From: Candidatus Poribacteria bacterium
GTDB lineage: Bacteria > Poribacteria > WGA-4E > JAJDTR01
Assembly (NCBI GenBank): GCA_965222225.1
Contig: CBDCTK010000002.1
Span: forward strand, 4,736,001 to 4,800,000
Direction of reading: 5' to 3'
Length of the DNA: 64,000 nucleotides
In this document: piece by piece, positions 20,492 through 30,800 of the stretch
Layout: every line of letters begins with the position of its first letter
Position numbering within the stretch: position 1 is the first letter of the stretch
Notes under the pieces: generated by a model
The model's database searches: none
What the model was told of the DNA's origin: nothing
The model's input: only the letters and a program-made list of their open reading frames with translations
Program-made: the position numbers and the translations under genes

Positions 20492-21409
20492 TTAGCGCTC
20501 CAAACGCCACTGAGCTTCGTCAACGTACAATGCCGTTGCGTGTTTGTTGGCATCAAATGCTTGTTCCATTTCGGAAAGATCTTCAAACCAACCGACGAGA
20601 TGTACCGCCCCAAAACTCTCACCGGCTTCCACTCGCGCGCCGCCAATCTCTTGAATCATGCACACGTAATCCCGTTGATGGCACCACGCTTCATACACTT
20701 CGGACGATTCCAGCGTCATCCCCGCCAACCAAAGTCCGGTACGTAACTGATACGCTCGGATGAACCGCTGTGGCAAATTGCCTACCCTCCTCTGATACAG
20801 GAAGCGAGCGTCGGGTGGGAAGTTCTCAAGAAAGGTCCGCGATGGGATGCAGCCGTGATAGCTCAGATAAATCTGCTCGAAAGTGTCCCCGCTATTGTGT
20901 CTGATGTGTCCCGGCATGTCGATCCGCAGCATGAGGGCGTTTACTGTGTTGACGCTGGTCACCCTGTCGTAGGCGAGGAACCAGCGAACGCCATCGGGAA
21001 AAACGAGCCACTGCTCCCAGCGAGACCCCGGTTTGTAGGGCGGGCGGGCAATCATCCAAGTAAATTCTTGCCGCACAGCGATAAAGCCGTTGCCTTCAAC
21101 GATCTCGGTAGGCAACTGCTTCGCTTGCGTGCATATTTGTGGCAACTCCACATAGCGCTTCGGAATCTGACCATGGACAAGATTGCCTCCGTGATAACGA
21201 AGCGCTGAGGGCGTCGAATCATCATCATGACCCGGTTCCAGCAAAAAATCGACAATGCACAGCCCAAACCCTTGGTCACACGCACCGGTGGATTTGTCTA
21301 CGAAACTACTCCCCTTTACACCACTGACGTAGCCCTCGGTTTGCACAGACGCATAGTAGCTATCCGTTTCAACACGCAATAATGAACCGTCTCGTTGTAC
21401 TGTTGCCAT
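20492..21409 (-). CDS. Hypothetical protein (305 aa)
   Basis: Tightly packed in the operon; no motif recognised. Confidence 0.7.
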   Translation of the reverse strand: MATVQRDGSLLRVETDSYYASVQTEGYVSGVKGSSFVDKSTGACDQGFGLCIVDFLLEPGHDDDSTPSALRYHGGNLVHGQIPKRYVELPQICTQAKQLPTEIVEGNGFIAVRQEFTWMIARPPYKPGSRWEQWLVFPDGVRWFLAYDRVTSVNTVNALMLRIDMPGHIRHNSGDTFEQIYLSYHGCIPSRTFLENFPPDARFLYQRRVGNLPQRFIRAYQLRTGLWLAGMTLESSEVYEAWCHQRDYVCMIQEIGGARVEAGESFGAVHLVGWFEDLSEMEQAFDANKHATALYVDEAQWRLER

Positions 21410-21413
21410 TATC

Positions 21414-22283
21414 TCAATCCGTCACTGAATCGTCTGCCGGCAATGTTACGTTGTAATCCCGATCTTTGAGCCACCCCCAAGTCACAAATTGCTTGCTCGC
21501 GGGAGAAACCGACAACGCTGAGGGGGACCAGTCGGGGCTGTAATCGCTCTCGGCATCTCTTGTTAGCCTTTGAAGATTGCCACCATCAGCATCCATCATG
21601 TAGACGTCAAATTTTGCCTTATTTCTTCTAGATGAGAAGGCAATGCGTTTGCCGCTGGGTGACCACGACGGGCTAGAGTCAAATCCGTCACTGTTTGTTA
21701 GGTTCTGAGGATTGTCGCCATCCGCGTCCATCAAGTAGATTTCCCAGTTCCCGCGATCTCTATCAGCCCCAAAGGCAATGCGTTCAGCGCTAGGTGACCA
21801 CGATGCGCAACAGTCAAACGCGATATGTCGGGTTAACCTCTGAGGATTGCCGCCATCTGCGTCCATCACATAGATTTCATTGGTCCATCTCTTAGGTCCA
21901 TCTCTATTGGATGCGAACGCAATGTGTTCACCGTTAGGAGACCATGAAGGAGAATCATCCGTTGATGGATTCTTCGTTAAGTTTCGAAGATTCCGCCCCT
22001 TAGCATTCATCACGGAGATTTCGAAGTTCTCATCTCTATCGGACGTGAAGCCAATGCGCCCGCAATCAGGGGACCACACCGGTTTCCAATCCAGCGCCGA
22101 ATTTCTGGTTAGATTGCGAGGATCACTACCGTCCGCATTCATTACGTAAATCTCGCGGTTTCCATCTCTCATGGACGTGAACGCAATTTGCGCACGCGCC
22201 TGAACACCAGCCATGAACAGGACCATGCCCAAGATGAGAACCCTTGGTAGAATGAAATATCTCAGGTTATATCGCTGTCGCAT
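21414..22283 (-). CDS. Secreted TolB-like (PD40) beta-propeller protein with C-terminal WGxLK tail
   Basis: Repeated PSWSP.G..IAF.S.RD...EIYVM; signal peptide; tail ALSVSPASKQFVTWGWLK. Confidence 0.88.
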   Translation of the reverse strand: MRQRYNLRYFILPRVLILGMVLFMAGVQARAQIAFTSMRDGNREIYVMNADGSDPRNLTRNSALDWKPVWSPDCGRIGFTSDRDENFEISVMNAKGRNLRNLTKNPSTDDSPSWSPNGEHIAFASNRDGPKRWTNEIYVMDADGGNPQRLTRHIAFDCCASWSPSAERIAFGADRDRGNWEIYLMDADGDNPQNLTNSDGFDSSPSWSPSGKRIAFSSRRNKAKFDVYMMDADGGNLQRLTRDAESDYSPDWSPSALSVSPASKQFVTWGWLKDRDYNVTLPADDSVTD

Positions 22284-22343
22284 CCTCCGTCCTCCGTTGC
22301 CGCCCACAAGCCGCGGCCTTCTCTTTGGACTATTGCGATTGTC

Positions 22344-23348
22344 TCAGTCCTTTGTTGCCGGATTGGCTATAGCTGGTAGCACATCATGGTCTTCACTCTT
22401 GAGCCACCCCCACGTCGTAAATTGCTTACTTGCGGTAGAAACCGCTAGAGCTGCGCGGGACCAGTCCGGGCCGTCGTCGCTCTCGGCATGTCTAGTGAGA
22501 TTTCTAACATTGCCGCCATCAAGATCCATCACGTAGACTTCATGATTCCAATTCCTAGTTGATCCGAAGGCGATTCGATTACCTCTTGGTGACCATGAGG
22601 GCGCCCAGTCCAGCGCAAAATCCCTTGTTAGGTTTCGCTGATTATTACCGTCAGCACGCATCATGTATATTTCTGAGTTCCCATCTCTACGGGACGTGAA
22701 CGCAATGTGTTCTCCATTCGGCGACCATGAGGGGGTCCAGTCTCCCGAACGATTTTGTGTCAATCTTCGCACGTCCGAACCATCAGATCTCATCACGTAA
22801 ATTTCACCCCTGGGCGCGTCTCTATCGGACACGAATACAATGTGTTCACCGCTAGGGGACCATGAGGGACTCCAATCATCCGCTCGATTCTTCGTTAGGT
22901 TTCGCTGATTCCGACCATCAACATCCATTACGTAGATTTCATCGTTCCCGAGTCGCGCAGTATTAGACGCAATGTGCTCGCCGATAGGGGACCATGAAGG
23001 AGACCCGTCACTCCAAGGATGTATCGTTAACCTTTGAGGGTTTCCACCGTCGGCGTCCATCACGTAAATCTCATTGTTCTTATCTCTATTGGACATGAAA
23101 GCAATGCGCTCACCATTAGGCGACCATGAGGGCGTCCAATCGTCTGCGGGATGTTTTGTTAAATTGCGAAGATTCCGGCCGTCGGTGTCCATTACGTAAA
23201 TCTCTTTATTCCCATCCCTTTCAGACGTAAAGGTAATCTGCGCGTGCGCCTGAAAACTTGGCACGGTCGAAATCAGGCCGAATATAAGAACCCTACTTAG
23301 AATGAAATATGCGATACTATGCCCAGTTTGCATCTTTGATTTCCTCAT
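22344..23348 (-). CDS. Secreted TolB-like (PD40) beta-propeller protein, paralog of the neighbouring gene
   Basis: PD40 repeats; tail ALAVSTASKQFTTWGWLK. Confidence 0.9.
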   Translation of the reverse strand: MRKSKMQTGHSIAYFILSRVLIFGLISTVPSFQAHAQITFTSERDGNKEIYVMDTDGRNLRNLTKHPADDWTPSWSPNGERIAFMSNRDKNNEIYVMDADGGNPQRLTIHPWSDGSPSWSPIGEHIASNTARLGNDEIYVMDVDGRNQRNLTKNRADDWSPSWSPSGEHIVFVSDRDAPRGEIYVMRSDGSDVRRLTQNRSGDWTPSWSPNGEHIAFTSRRDGNSEIYMMRADGNNQRNLTRDFALDWAPSWSPRGNRIAFGSTRNWNHEVYVMDLDGGNVRNLTRHAESDDGPDWSRAALAVSTASKQFTTWGWLKSEDHDVLPAIANPATKD

Positions 23349-23388
23349 CTTTACCCTAATAATCTTTCAGCGCCAAAAAACCCGCGAC

Positions 23389-24966
23389 CTACCGCGTGAG
23401 TTGCCTTAGCATCCGCTGAGCGGCCCGGTTGTTCGGGTCTAATTGCAGGACTGTCTGAAATTCAGCGATGGCGGCGGCGCGATTTCCGAGCTTGAGGTAA
23501 ACAGTTCCCAATGCGCCGTGCGCGAACGGGTCATCCGGCTGAATCTCCAAAACACGTTTGAACTTTGCCTGCGCTTCGGGATACATGCGCTTGCCCATGT
23601 AGATGACCCCAAGTTGATGAAGCGCTCTCTTATCGTCGGGATTGAGGCGGAGGATGTAGTCGTACACCTCGGCGGCGCTGCTGTACAATTTCCCCTGCCA
23701 ATAGACCGTCGCCAAGCTGTGTTGCAATTTGATGTCATCAGGTGCTAACTGAATCGCTTTCTCGCACCGCGCAATGCCTTCACGAATCCTCCCTGTCTGT
23801 GCATAAAGCACGCCAAGCCCCGAATATGCGTTCGCCAAATCGGGTTTCAGTTCAATGGCTCGCTTGTATGCGGCAATTGCCTTAACTCTTTGTCCCGTTC
23901 GCTGATAAACGTAGCCTAGATTGTAATTGCTGTGGATCTCCAAGAATGCTATCTCTTTTGGCGTTTTTGGCGACATGCCTCCCTCCAGGTCGTTTTCGTC
24001 AATGATTAACAGTGCGTGTTCGAGTGCTTTCCGAGCCTTGCTGTATCGGTTGGTGCGGAGCAGCACGATGCCGTAATTGAACCAGATTTCGGCATCCTTT
24101 GGTTTGCTTGAAGCAGCTATGGCAAGTTCGGTTGCGGCAGTCGCAAAATCCCCAATCTCCATATATCGGGTGCCGCGCTCGGCATACCGTTTCGCCGTCA
24201 CGCCAACCTTCACCACCTCCCACCAGAGTGGGTCATCCATTTCAGTGTGCTTTGAGGTTTTGCGTGCCGCTTGGGCGTGACGATTGGATGCTTCCCTATT
24301 TCCCAATGCCAAAGCCACTTGTGCCATGGCGGCGTGGGCTTCGCTCTGAGCTGGATTTAACTTTAACGCCCGCTTTAGGTGTATCTGAGCAACTTTGAAT
24401 TGCTTGGAAGCAAGGGAAAGTTCACCGAGCGCTAATTCTGCGAACGGATTTTCTGGGTCTAATTCAATAACATTCGCGAGCTGCTGCCGGGCTTCTTCGA
24501 AACGTCCTAAACGTCTAAGTGCGTGGGCGTGGTTCACATAAACGGCAGGGTAATCAGAATCAAGCGCTATCGCCTTCGTAAAGGCATCTACGGCGGTCTG
24601 AGCGTCGGTCTTGTAAGTACTCAAGCCGAGATAGTAGAACCAGCGGAATTCGGTGGGATTAATGTTGACGGCGCGTTGGTAGCATCGTGCAGCTTCAGTT
24701 TCCCAACCGTGCACGAGATAGACATTTCCCAAATCGCCCCAGGTTTCGGCTCTATCCGGCGCATCCGCCACCGCTTTTTGGGCAGACTCGGCGGCTTGTA
24801 GAAGTCGGGGCTCCGATACCAAGGCTAGGTCAACGGGTTGGGGAATCCATTCGGGGAGTGCCGCAGGTTTGGACTGTCGATTGGTAGCAAAGGAATAATC
24901 CTGAATTGTGCCTGTGAGGATGAGAGTTACAATGACTAGGAGTGGTATCCGGTATACTCTGCTCAT
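23389..24966 (-). CDS. Secreted tetratricopeptide-repeat protein
   Basis: Signal peptide; many TPR repeats (AYKRAIELKPDLANAYSGLG). Confidence 0.9.
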   Translation of the reverse strand: MSRVYRIPLLVIVTLILTGTIQDYSFATNRQSKPAALPEWIPQPVDLALVSEPRLLQAAESAQKAVADAPDRAETWGDLGNVYLVHGWETEAARCYQRAVNINPTEFRWFYYLGLSTYKTDAQTAVDAFTKAIALDSDYPAVYVNHAHALRRLGRFEEARQQLANVIELDPENPFAELALGELSLASKQFKVAQIHLKRALKLNPAQSEAHAAMAQVALALGNREASNRHAQAARKTSKHTEMDDPLWWEVVKVGVTAKRYAERGTRYMEIGDFATAATELAIAASSKPKDAEIWFNYGIVLLRTNRYSKARKALEHALLIIDENDLEGGMSPKTPKEIAFLEIHSNYNLGYVYQRTGQRVKAIAAYKRAIELKPDLANAYSGLGVLYAQTGRIREGIARCEKAIQLAPDDIKLQHSLATVYWQGKLYSSAAEVYDYILRLNPDDKRALHQLGVIYMGKRMYPEAQAKFKRVLEIQPDDPFAHGALGTVYLKLGNRAAAIAEFQTVLQLDPNNRAAQRMLRQLTR

Positions 24967-25065
24967 CGGGAGGGCTCACATCGGACAGCCTAGAGGAGGT
25001 TCGACGATTAGGAACACTTGACACCCGATTCAGTGCGCCACGGTATTCCGAAACGGGTACTCATA

Positions 25066-25205
25066 CCATTTCTCTATATTTACAGTGCATTAATAGCGTC
25101 AATCAAGTCTCTCCGAAGCGGGGCAAGAAATCTCTATCGCACTCGCTGTCCACTCGCTTGATTCCCGCCTACGGGGTTTGGTGTGCAGGATAATGGTTGG
25201 TATCG
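25066..25205. repeat. ~140-nt dispersed intergenic repeat, copy B
   Basis: Inverted homolog of 12971-13110; contains a 35-nt unit at 25129-25163. Confidence 0.8.
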
Positions 25206-25282
25206 ATCTTTTCACAATAGTATAATTTTGGACATCAAATGCCACATTATTCAATCGAAATGGTATCACAGGGGAGACGCCC

Positions 25283-26314
25283 CTACATTCCTTGTTTAAT
25301 CCGCCCCCAGAATGTCACGACTTTACCAGTCAGTGCAACAGAAAGCGCATAGGCGGGATCGAACCAGTCAAAGTCACCGTGCGGATGTCCGCCGAACGTA
25401 ATTTGTTTCAATTCCGCCTTGGCTCTGGTTATGTCCGCAACGAACACTTCGTATTCCTTGCAATCGTCGCCGCAATTTCTGTTGGCTTGGAAAACAACGA
25501 ACTTTCCGTCGGGTGACACGGCAGCATCGCGATCATTGCCGTCTTTGGGGATAATCTGCTTGCGGTTCTTACCGTCCGCGTCCATAATCCAGACACGATT
25601 GCTATTTACACTGCTGAAGACAATCTTCTTACCATCGGCCGTCCATGACGGGAGGGAGTCGCGCGCATTAGCCAGTCTTAGTCCTTCTGGTCCGTCGATG
25701 TCCTTCTCTGTTAGGTTTCTTGGGCGGTTGCCACTCGCCTGCATCACGAAAATGTCATCATTCCCGCCCCTGTTGGAGGTAAAAGCGATACTAGCTCCAT
25801 CGGGTGACCACGCCGGGTATTGGTCGCGGGAGTTGGGTTTGTTTGTTAGGTTGCGATTATCTTTGCCGTTGGCACTCACGATCAAGATATCATAGTGCCC
25901 GGTGTCCTTCGATTGATAGGCGATGCTGTCCCCGTCAGGAGACCAGTCAGGCTCACGGTCATGCGCGTCGGGACTGTTTGTTAGGTTGATTTGATTGTTT
26001 CCATTCGCGTCCATGACAAAGATGTCATAATTTCCGCCCCTATTCGAGTGAAAGGCAATTTTCTTCCCGCGAGGCCCCCATGACGGTCCCGCATCTATCG
26101 CAGGATTGATTGTCAACCGTAGAGGATTGTTGCCATCAACATCCATCACGTAGATTTCGAAATTCCCATCCCTATTGGAATAGAAGGCAATCTGTTGCTT
26201 CTTCGGGGCTTCTGCTTGAACGCCACTTGCAAGCAGCAATGTGCCCACTGCAGACGTTATACTTAGGATAAGCACCTGGGAGAGATTTGAAAGCGCGCGG
26301 TGTCCGAAGATCAT
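25283..26314 (-). CDS. Secreted TolB-like (PD40) beta-propeller protein
   Basis: PD40 repeats; tail ALSVALTGKVVTFWGRIKQ. Confidence 0.9.
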   Translation of the reverse strand: MIFGHRALSNLSQVLILSITSAVGTLLLASGVQAEAPKKQQIAFYSNRDGNFEIYVMDVDGNNPLRLTINPAIDAGPSWGPRGKKIAFHSNRGGNYDIFVMDANGNNQINLTNSPDAHDREPDWSPDGDSIAYQSKDTGHYDILIVSANGKDNRNLTNKPNSRDQYPAWSPDGASIAFTSNRGGNDDIFVMQASGNRPRNLTEKDIDGPEGLRLANARDSLPSWTADGKKIVFSSVNSNRVWIMDADGKNRKQIIPKDGNDRDAAVSPDGKFVVFQANRNCGDDCKEYEVFVADITRAKAELKQITFGGHPHGDFDWFDPAYALSVALTGKVVTFWGRIKQGM

Positions 26315-26416
26315 CTGTTCTCCATTTCAATCACAGAGACTCCGATTGAAGGCATGTGCGCGCGGGGTGAGAAAAACCGGTATAGAACTTTAGAGGCTTG
26401 GCACGCGATGATCCCC

Positions 26417-27604
26417 CTAGAGGTCCCAGCGCTCATTGATGGGCTTTTGGTAAGCATCAATCTCGCCATTAACGACATCGTCATAGTTGACCGCCTGACC
26501 GCAGACGTTAGATTCGTAGATGGCTTCGCAAATCGCCTTTGCGCGAAGCCCGAGTTCGCCATCCACTTCGACGGGACGATTGTTCTCAATGGCATCGACA
26601 AAATCGTAGCACTCAAGCAACACGCCGTCTGTGATGCCGTGCGGGAAGAGGCTATCTCGCTCAGCCTCGGTCAAACCCGCCATGTATTCTTTGACCAGGT
26701 CTTCCATGGAATGCCGCGTCCCGTTCTTAAGTATGACCTCGGCGCCGTCATGAGGTCCGTGGAAGATGTCGCCACTATCCACCAAACAACCTTCGGTGCC
26801 GTAATACACAATGTGGGTAAAGTCGTGAGCGGGGGCTGCCCTGCTCCATGTCCAAAGCCCCGTTGTGCCGGACTTGAAATTTATGGTTGCAACCCACGTG
26901 TCCTCGTTATCATCGCTCACTATCTCCCCCGCTTTTGTAATCTTGTGCTCTGCCACTTGGCGAACGCGGGCATAAACAGTGTCGGGATCGCCGAACAGAT
27001 AACGAAGAGTGTCGCAATAATGCGCGCCGGAATCCATCACCATGCCGCCTCCTCCCAACATCAGATCGAGGCGCCAATGCCAGGGGCTCTGCGGGGCGGC
27101 AATTTGGTGGCTTGCGTGCTGGGAGAAGAACATGGTGATGTCGCCGAGCATCTTTTTGTCGTTTATTAGCCACCAAGCTGTTCGACGACTTGGCGCGCGA
27201 CGAATATTTTCCGCGGTTGCGGCGATCCTCCCGTTTGCATTTGCTGCTTCAATAATCGCGCGCGTGGCTTTAATCGTGATGCCAATGGGCTTTTCTACAA
27301 TGACATTGACTCCGGCGTTTAGGCACTTAATGGCGTTGATGTGATGATAGCAGTGTGGCGTGCAAATATCCGCACCGTCAAGATCTTCTGCGCCAAGCAT
27401 GGCATCCGTGTCCTCATACACCACTGGCATTCTGCCGGTGGCGTCCTTTACGCGACTGGCAAAATTTTCTGCGTTTCCCCGCACCGGATCGCACATCGCG
27501 ACGAGCTCCACCTTGCCCGGCACAACTTCTTGGATTCCGAGATAGGCATTCAGGTGTCCGCGAGCCATGCCGCCGCATCCGATAATCGCAACACGAATTG
27601 CCAT
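26417..27604 (-). CDS. Gfo/Idh/MocA-family oxidoreductase
   Basis: IIGCGGMA, ICTPH..H, VIVEKP, MDSGAHYCD. Confidence 0.93.
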   Translation of the reverse strand: MAIRVAIIGCGGMARGHLNAYLGIQEVVPGKVELVAMCDPVRGNAENFASRVKDATGRMPVVYEDTDAMLGAEDLDGADICTPHCYHHINAIKCLNAGVNVIVEKPIGITIKATRAIIEAANANGRIAATAENIRRAPSRRTAWWLINDKKMLGDITMFFSQHASHQIAAPQSPWHWRLDLMLGGGGMVMDSGAHYCDTLRYLFGDPDTVYARVRQVAEHKITKAGEIVSDDNEDTWVATINFKSGTTGLWTWSRAAPAHDFTHIVYYGTEGCLVDSGDIFHGPHDGAEVILKNGTRHSMEDLVKEYMAGLTEAERDSLFPHGITDGVLLECYDFVDAIENNRPVEVDGELGLRAKAICEAIYESNVCGQAVNYDDVVNGEIDAYQKPINERWDL

Positions 27605-27780
27605 AAATGGACTTCCTTTCACTTACTCGGTTCCGCTGTCTCTTTTCTTCCACAAGTCACAAGTGTTGAATAATGTCAACAACCAGCATCAAAATGGGAT
27701 TTCTTAATCGCACCGTCAGTTACGGTACAGTTTGAGTGGACGTACAACGGCCATCCTTTAACCGTTTAATTCACTTAAAT

Positions 27781-27969
27781 AACCCAAGTTGCCACTTACA
27801 AGATTTTAGACATGCACCGCCGTTTTTAATTGAGAACAGTTCATTAATTGCGGAGATTTCGTAGCGCAAGGGATCTCTATCGCGCCCGTTATCCACTCGC
27901 TTGATCTGTCAGTTTGCGCATCACAAACACAATCTAATAGACTGTGCTACAAAGGTGGCAACTTGGGTT
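27781..27969. mobile_element. 189-bp MITE of a second family
   Basis: Perfect 15-bp TIR AACCCAAGTTGCCAC / GTGGCAACTTGGGTT, flanked by an AAAT direct repeat; no ORF. Confidence 0.82.
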
Positions 27970-28015
27970 AAATATATCCCCTCCACATTTTGTCGCACAT
28001 GCGGTAGACCGCTAT

Positions 28016-28831
28016 CTACCGGGCACGTTTCAACTCGCCCCAAGTGAAGGCAAGTTTCTCCAAAGAATTTTCGACCGCCAGAGCCTGCGCTTTTTCGTAG
28101 TTTCGCACAATCTCAGCTTGAGTCAAGGCTCTATTGTAGATCTTGACTTCATCGATCACTCCCTCAAAGCCTTCTGGGCCGCCCCCGCCCGTCATAGCCC
28201 CGATGGTGAGATCTGTCGGATCAACTATAGGGGTACCCGCCCAAGTTCGCTTGTTTCGCAACTCGGTGTCCACGTAGATGAGCATTTCTCTGCCGTTGTA
28301 AGTACCGACAAGGTTGTACCAGACATCCGCCTCAAGGGGGTTTTTCCTAGTGCTTGACGAAATGAAAAATCCTCCCGTCATCTGCGCGGAAACGCTTTGG
28401 CTGAACTTTTTCCAGTCTGTATGGTGCCAGGTTAGAGCGTAGTTGGCGCCACTGACGCCCTTCGTCAAAATTCGGCTATTCTTTTGTTCGTTCGCCACCT
28501 CATCAGCTTTGATCCAGGCATCAACCGTAAAGTCTTTGAGTTCCAATTCCTTGGCGCCGAATATTTCAATATATTCGCTGCCGTCAAATTGCATAGCATT
28601 GCGGATTATGCCTTCAACCATTTTTGGATTTCCTTTTATGGATCCATCGTTTGTGCGGACAGCATCTTTAATCTTCCCTTGGGTGATGGCATCAAATGCC
28701 CATCGCCCGACAAGACCTTCCGATATAAACTGCGCCTCTGCTACCGTTCCACCGCAAATGGAACCCGCAACAATCGCCACGGCGAGAAGTAGCATTAATG
28801 ATTTTTCGTTCAACATTTGCTCTCCTTTCAT
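28016..28831 (-). CDS. Secreted LamG/concanavalin-A-like protein with WGxLK tail
   Basis: GLVGRWAFD, FEGVIDEVKIYNRALT; tail ALAVENSLEKLAFTWGELKRAR. Confidence 0.9.
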   Translation of the reverse strand: MKGEQMLNEKSLMLLLAVAIVAGSICGGTVAEAQFISEGLVGRWAFDAITQGKIKDAVRTNDGSIKGNPKMVEGIIRNAMQFDGSEYIEIFGAKELELKDFTVDAWIKADEVANEQKNSRILTKGVSGANYALTWHHTDWKKFSQSVSAQMTGGFFISSSTRKNPLEADVWYNLVGTYNGREMLIYVDTELRNKRTWAGTPIVDPTDLTIGAMTGGGGPEGFEGVIDEVKIYNRALTQAEIVRNYEKAQALAVENSLEKLAFTWGELKRAR

Positions 28832-28997
28832 GTAATTCTGAGATGATTCAACATCTACGGCAATTCCGATGGACTTTGGTGAGATTAAACAATCGAATGA
28901 ATTTTTGCCTACTCGTTTATTGGAATGGGGTAACAGCAGAACGCGGAACTAGATAGACTGTTGACTACGGAATTTTCGCCGGATAGAGGTATCCCAT

Positions 28998-29774
28998 CTA
29001 TCGCGCACGCTTTATGCTTCCCCACGTGACAGCGAGTTTTGAAGCCGCTTCGACGGCCTGACCGCCCCTAGATCTGAAGTTTTGCTGAACCTCCTTGTCG
29101 TTCAATTCTCGGCTATAGAGGAGGACTTCGTCGATTGCACCCGGAAACGTGCACACTGGGCCACAGGGAATATCATCGCCGATGATGAGGGTGTTATTGG
29201 ACTGCGTCGGTACGGCGTTGCCGAATTCAAATCGTCTTCCGTCTTTATAAAAGATGACCAGATTCGGCGTATAAATCACTACCGTATGTTGCCACACATT
29301 GAAGTCTGCTCTTGGTCCCGGCTGCCAATCGCCTCCTTTACCAACCTGAACCTCCCATTTGTCGTGGCGGTAGCCGTATCCCCGGTCCCAACCGCCGTCG
29401 TCGCCATTCATGACCGACCCCCAAGCGACATGCCTCTTGTAGGGTTTCGCCCAAGCCATCATGGTAAGATTTTCATATTGCCTCGAAGTAATTTGCAAGC
29501 CGGTGTCAACAAAATGTCCGTTTTGGTTTCCAAATTCTAGCGCATCCCCAAATTTTCCTTTTACGCTCTTGATTGACGCGCCGTTTATGGTGGCATCGTT
29601 GTTTCCGGCAAGGTCTTCAACCTTGTCGCCTTTGATGGTGTCATCGTCAAAGGACCAGTAACCGATCAGACCCTTCCGGACATTTTGAGCGTCTGCCGAT
29701 ACAATTGCCAACAGCGTCACTGAGATTGACACTGCAAACAGCACACTAATGGTTTTGGTTGTAATTTCAATCAT
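28998..29774 (-). CDS. Secreted LamG-like protein with WGxIK tail
   Basis: GLIGYWSFD, FPGAIDEVLLYSREL; tail QAVEAASKLAVTWGSIKRAR. Confidence 0.9.
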   Translation of the reverse strand: MIEITTKTISVLFAVSISVTLLAIVSADAQNVRKGLIGYWSFDDDTIKGDKVEDLAGNNDATINGASIKSVKGKFGDALEFGNQNGHFVDTGLQITSRQYENLTMMAWAKPYKRHVAWGSVMNGDDGGWDRGYGYRHDKWEVQVGKGGDWQPGPRADFNVWQHTVVIYTPNLVIFYKDGRRFEFGNAVPTQSNNTLIIGDDIPCGPVCTFPGAIDEVLLYSRELNDKEVQQNFRSRGGQAVEAASKLAVTWGSIKRAR

Positions 29775-30023
29775 TGGTTCTGAATCGTCATCAAATTCAT
29801 GATAAAAAAACTCTTGCTCTTACACAGTCGAATATCAAGGTCTCGTCCGAGCAATAAACTGCGCTTCAACGGAGATGTACCGTTACAAAACACATTCTAT
29901 CACAAGGCAACCGGATAGATACGCAGATTTGGAACGCCGCAAATAAAGAAACTCCACGTCGCAAGAAAGGTGAGACCTCTCTCGCAACGTGAAGCAAAAG
30001 GATAAAGACTTGATGGCTCGATC

Positions 30024-30800
30024 TTACCGTAAGGTTTTAATCTCACCCCAAGAAACAGCAATTTTACCGGTACTCTCCACGGCGGTGCCACCTTGGTAGT
30101 TCTGCTGCACCTCGGCGTCAGTCAACTCACGCCCGTAGACACGAACCTCATCAACAGCGCCCGGGAAGGTACAATTCGGACCGCAAGGAATGTCGTCGCC
30201 GATCATGAAAGGCTGAATCGATTCGGTCGGATCTGCTTCGTCGAATTCATAGCGATCGCCATTCCAATAGAAGATGACGAGATCCGGCGTATAAATGACA
30301 ACCGTGTGCTGCCATGTATTCAACACGGCTTCAGGACCTGGCTGCCATTCGCCGCCCTTGCCAACCTGAATTTCCCACAAGACATTTCGATAACCGTAGC
30401 CTCTATCCCAACCGCCATCGTCTCCGCCCATCATGGCTCCAAAGGCTTCGTGCTCCATATACGGATTCGCCCAAGCTTCCATGGTGAGGGACTCGAACTC
30501 GTTCGAGTTAATGAGAAGGTCGGTCAAGGCAAAATGCCCATTTTCGCTATTAAACTCCACCGCTTCATTCACTTGCCCCGGTACATGCTTGATGGGAAAG
30601 TTGAACACGGCGTCGTGATTACCGGCGAGGTCATCGCACGTGTCGCCCGCGCAGGTATCTGCATCGAAAGGAATATAGAGCTCCAGTCCATCCGTAACGT
30701 GTTGAGCAGATGCCAATGAGGTGTAACCGGCAAAAGCAACTGTTACTGACACGATAAAGAGTAGTGTGAAACTCTTGTGAAACACTGCATGTCTAGCCAC
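30024..30800 (-). CDS. Secreted LamG-like protein, paralog of 28998-29774
   Basis: Shares GDDGGWDRGYGYR and GDDIPCGPxCTFPGA; tail TAVESTGKIAVSWGEIKTLR. Confidence 0.9.
   Translation of the reverse strand: MARHAVFHKSFTLLFIVSVTVAFAGYTSLASAQHVTDGLELYIPFDADTCAGDTCDDLAGNHDAVFNFPIKHVPGQVNEAVEFNSENGHFALTDLLINSNEFESLTMEAWANPYMEHEAFGAMMGGDDGGWDRGYGYRNVLWEIQVGKGGEWQPGPEAVLNTWQHTVVIYTPDLVIFYWNGDRYEFDEADPTESIQPFMIGDDIPCGPNCTFPGAVDEVRVYGRELTDAEVQQNYQGGTAVESTGKIAVSWGEIKTLR

Noticed and set aside
26300-27169. 289-aa plus-strand ORF (likewise 30093-30719 and 37105-37839)
   Set aside because: Antisense to well-supported genes; no independent evidence.
27872-27906. GATC plus TTATCCAC(T) as an oriC or DnaA-box cluster
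   Set aside because: There is one imperfect box per unit, copies are dispersed (one within a gene), and there is no AT-rich unwinding region or dnaA context.
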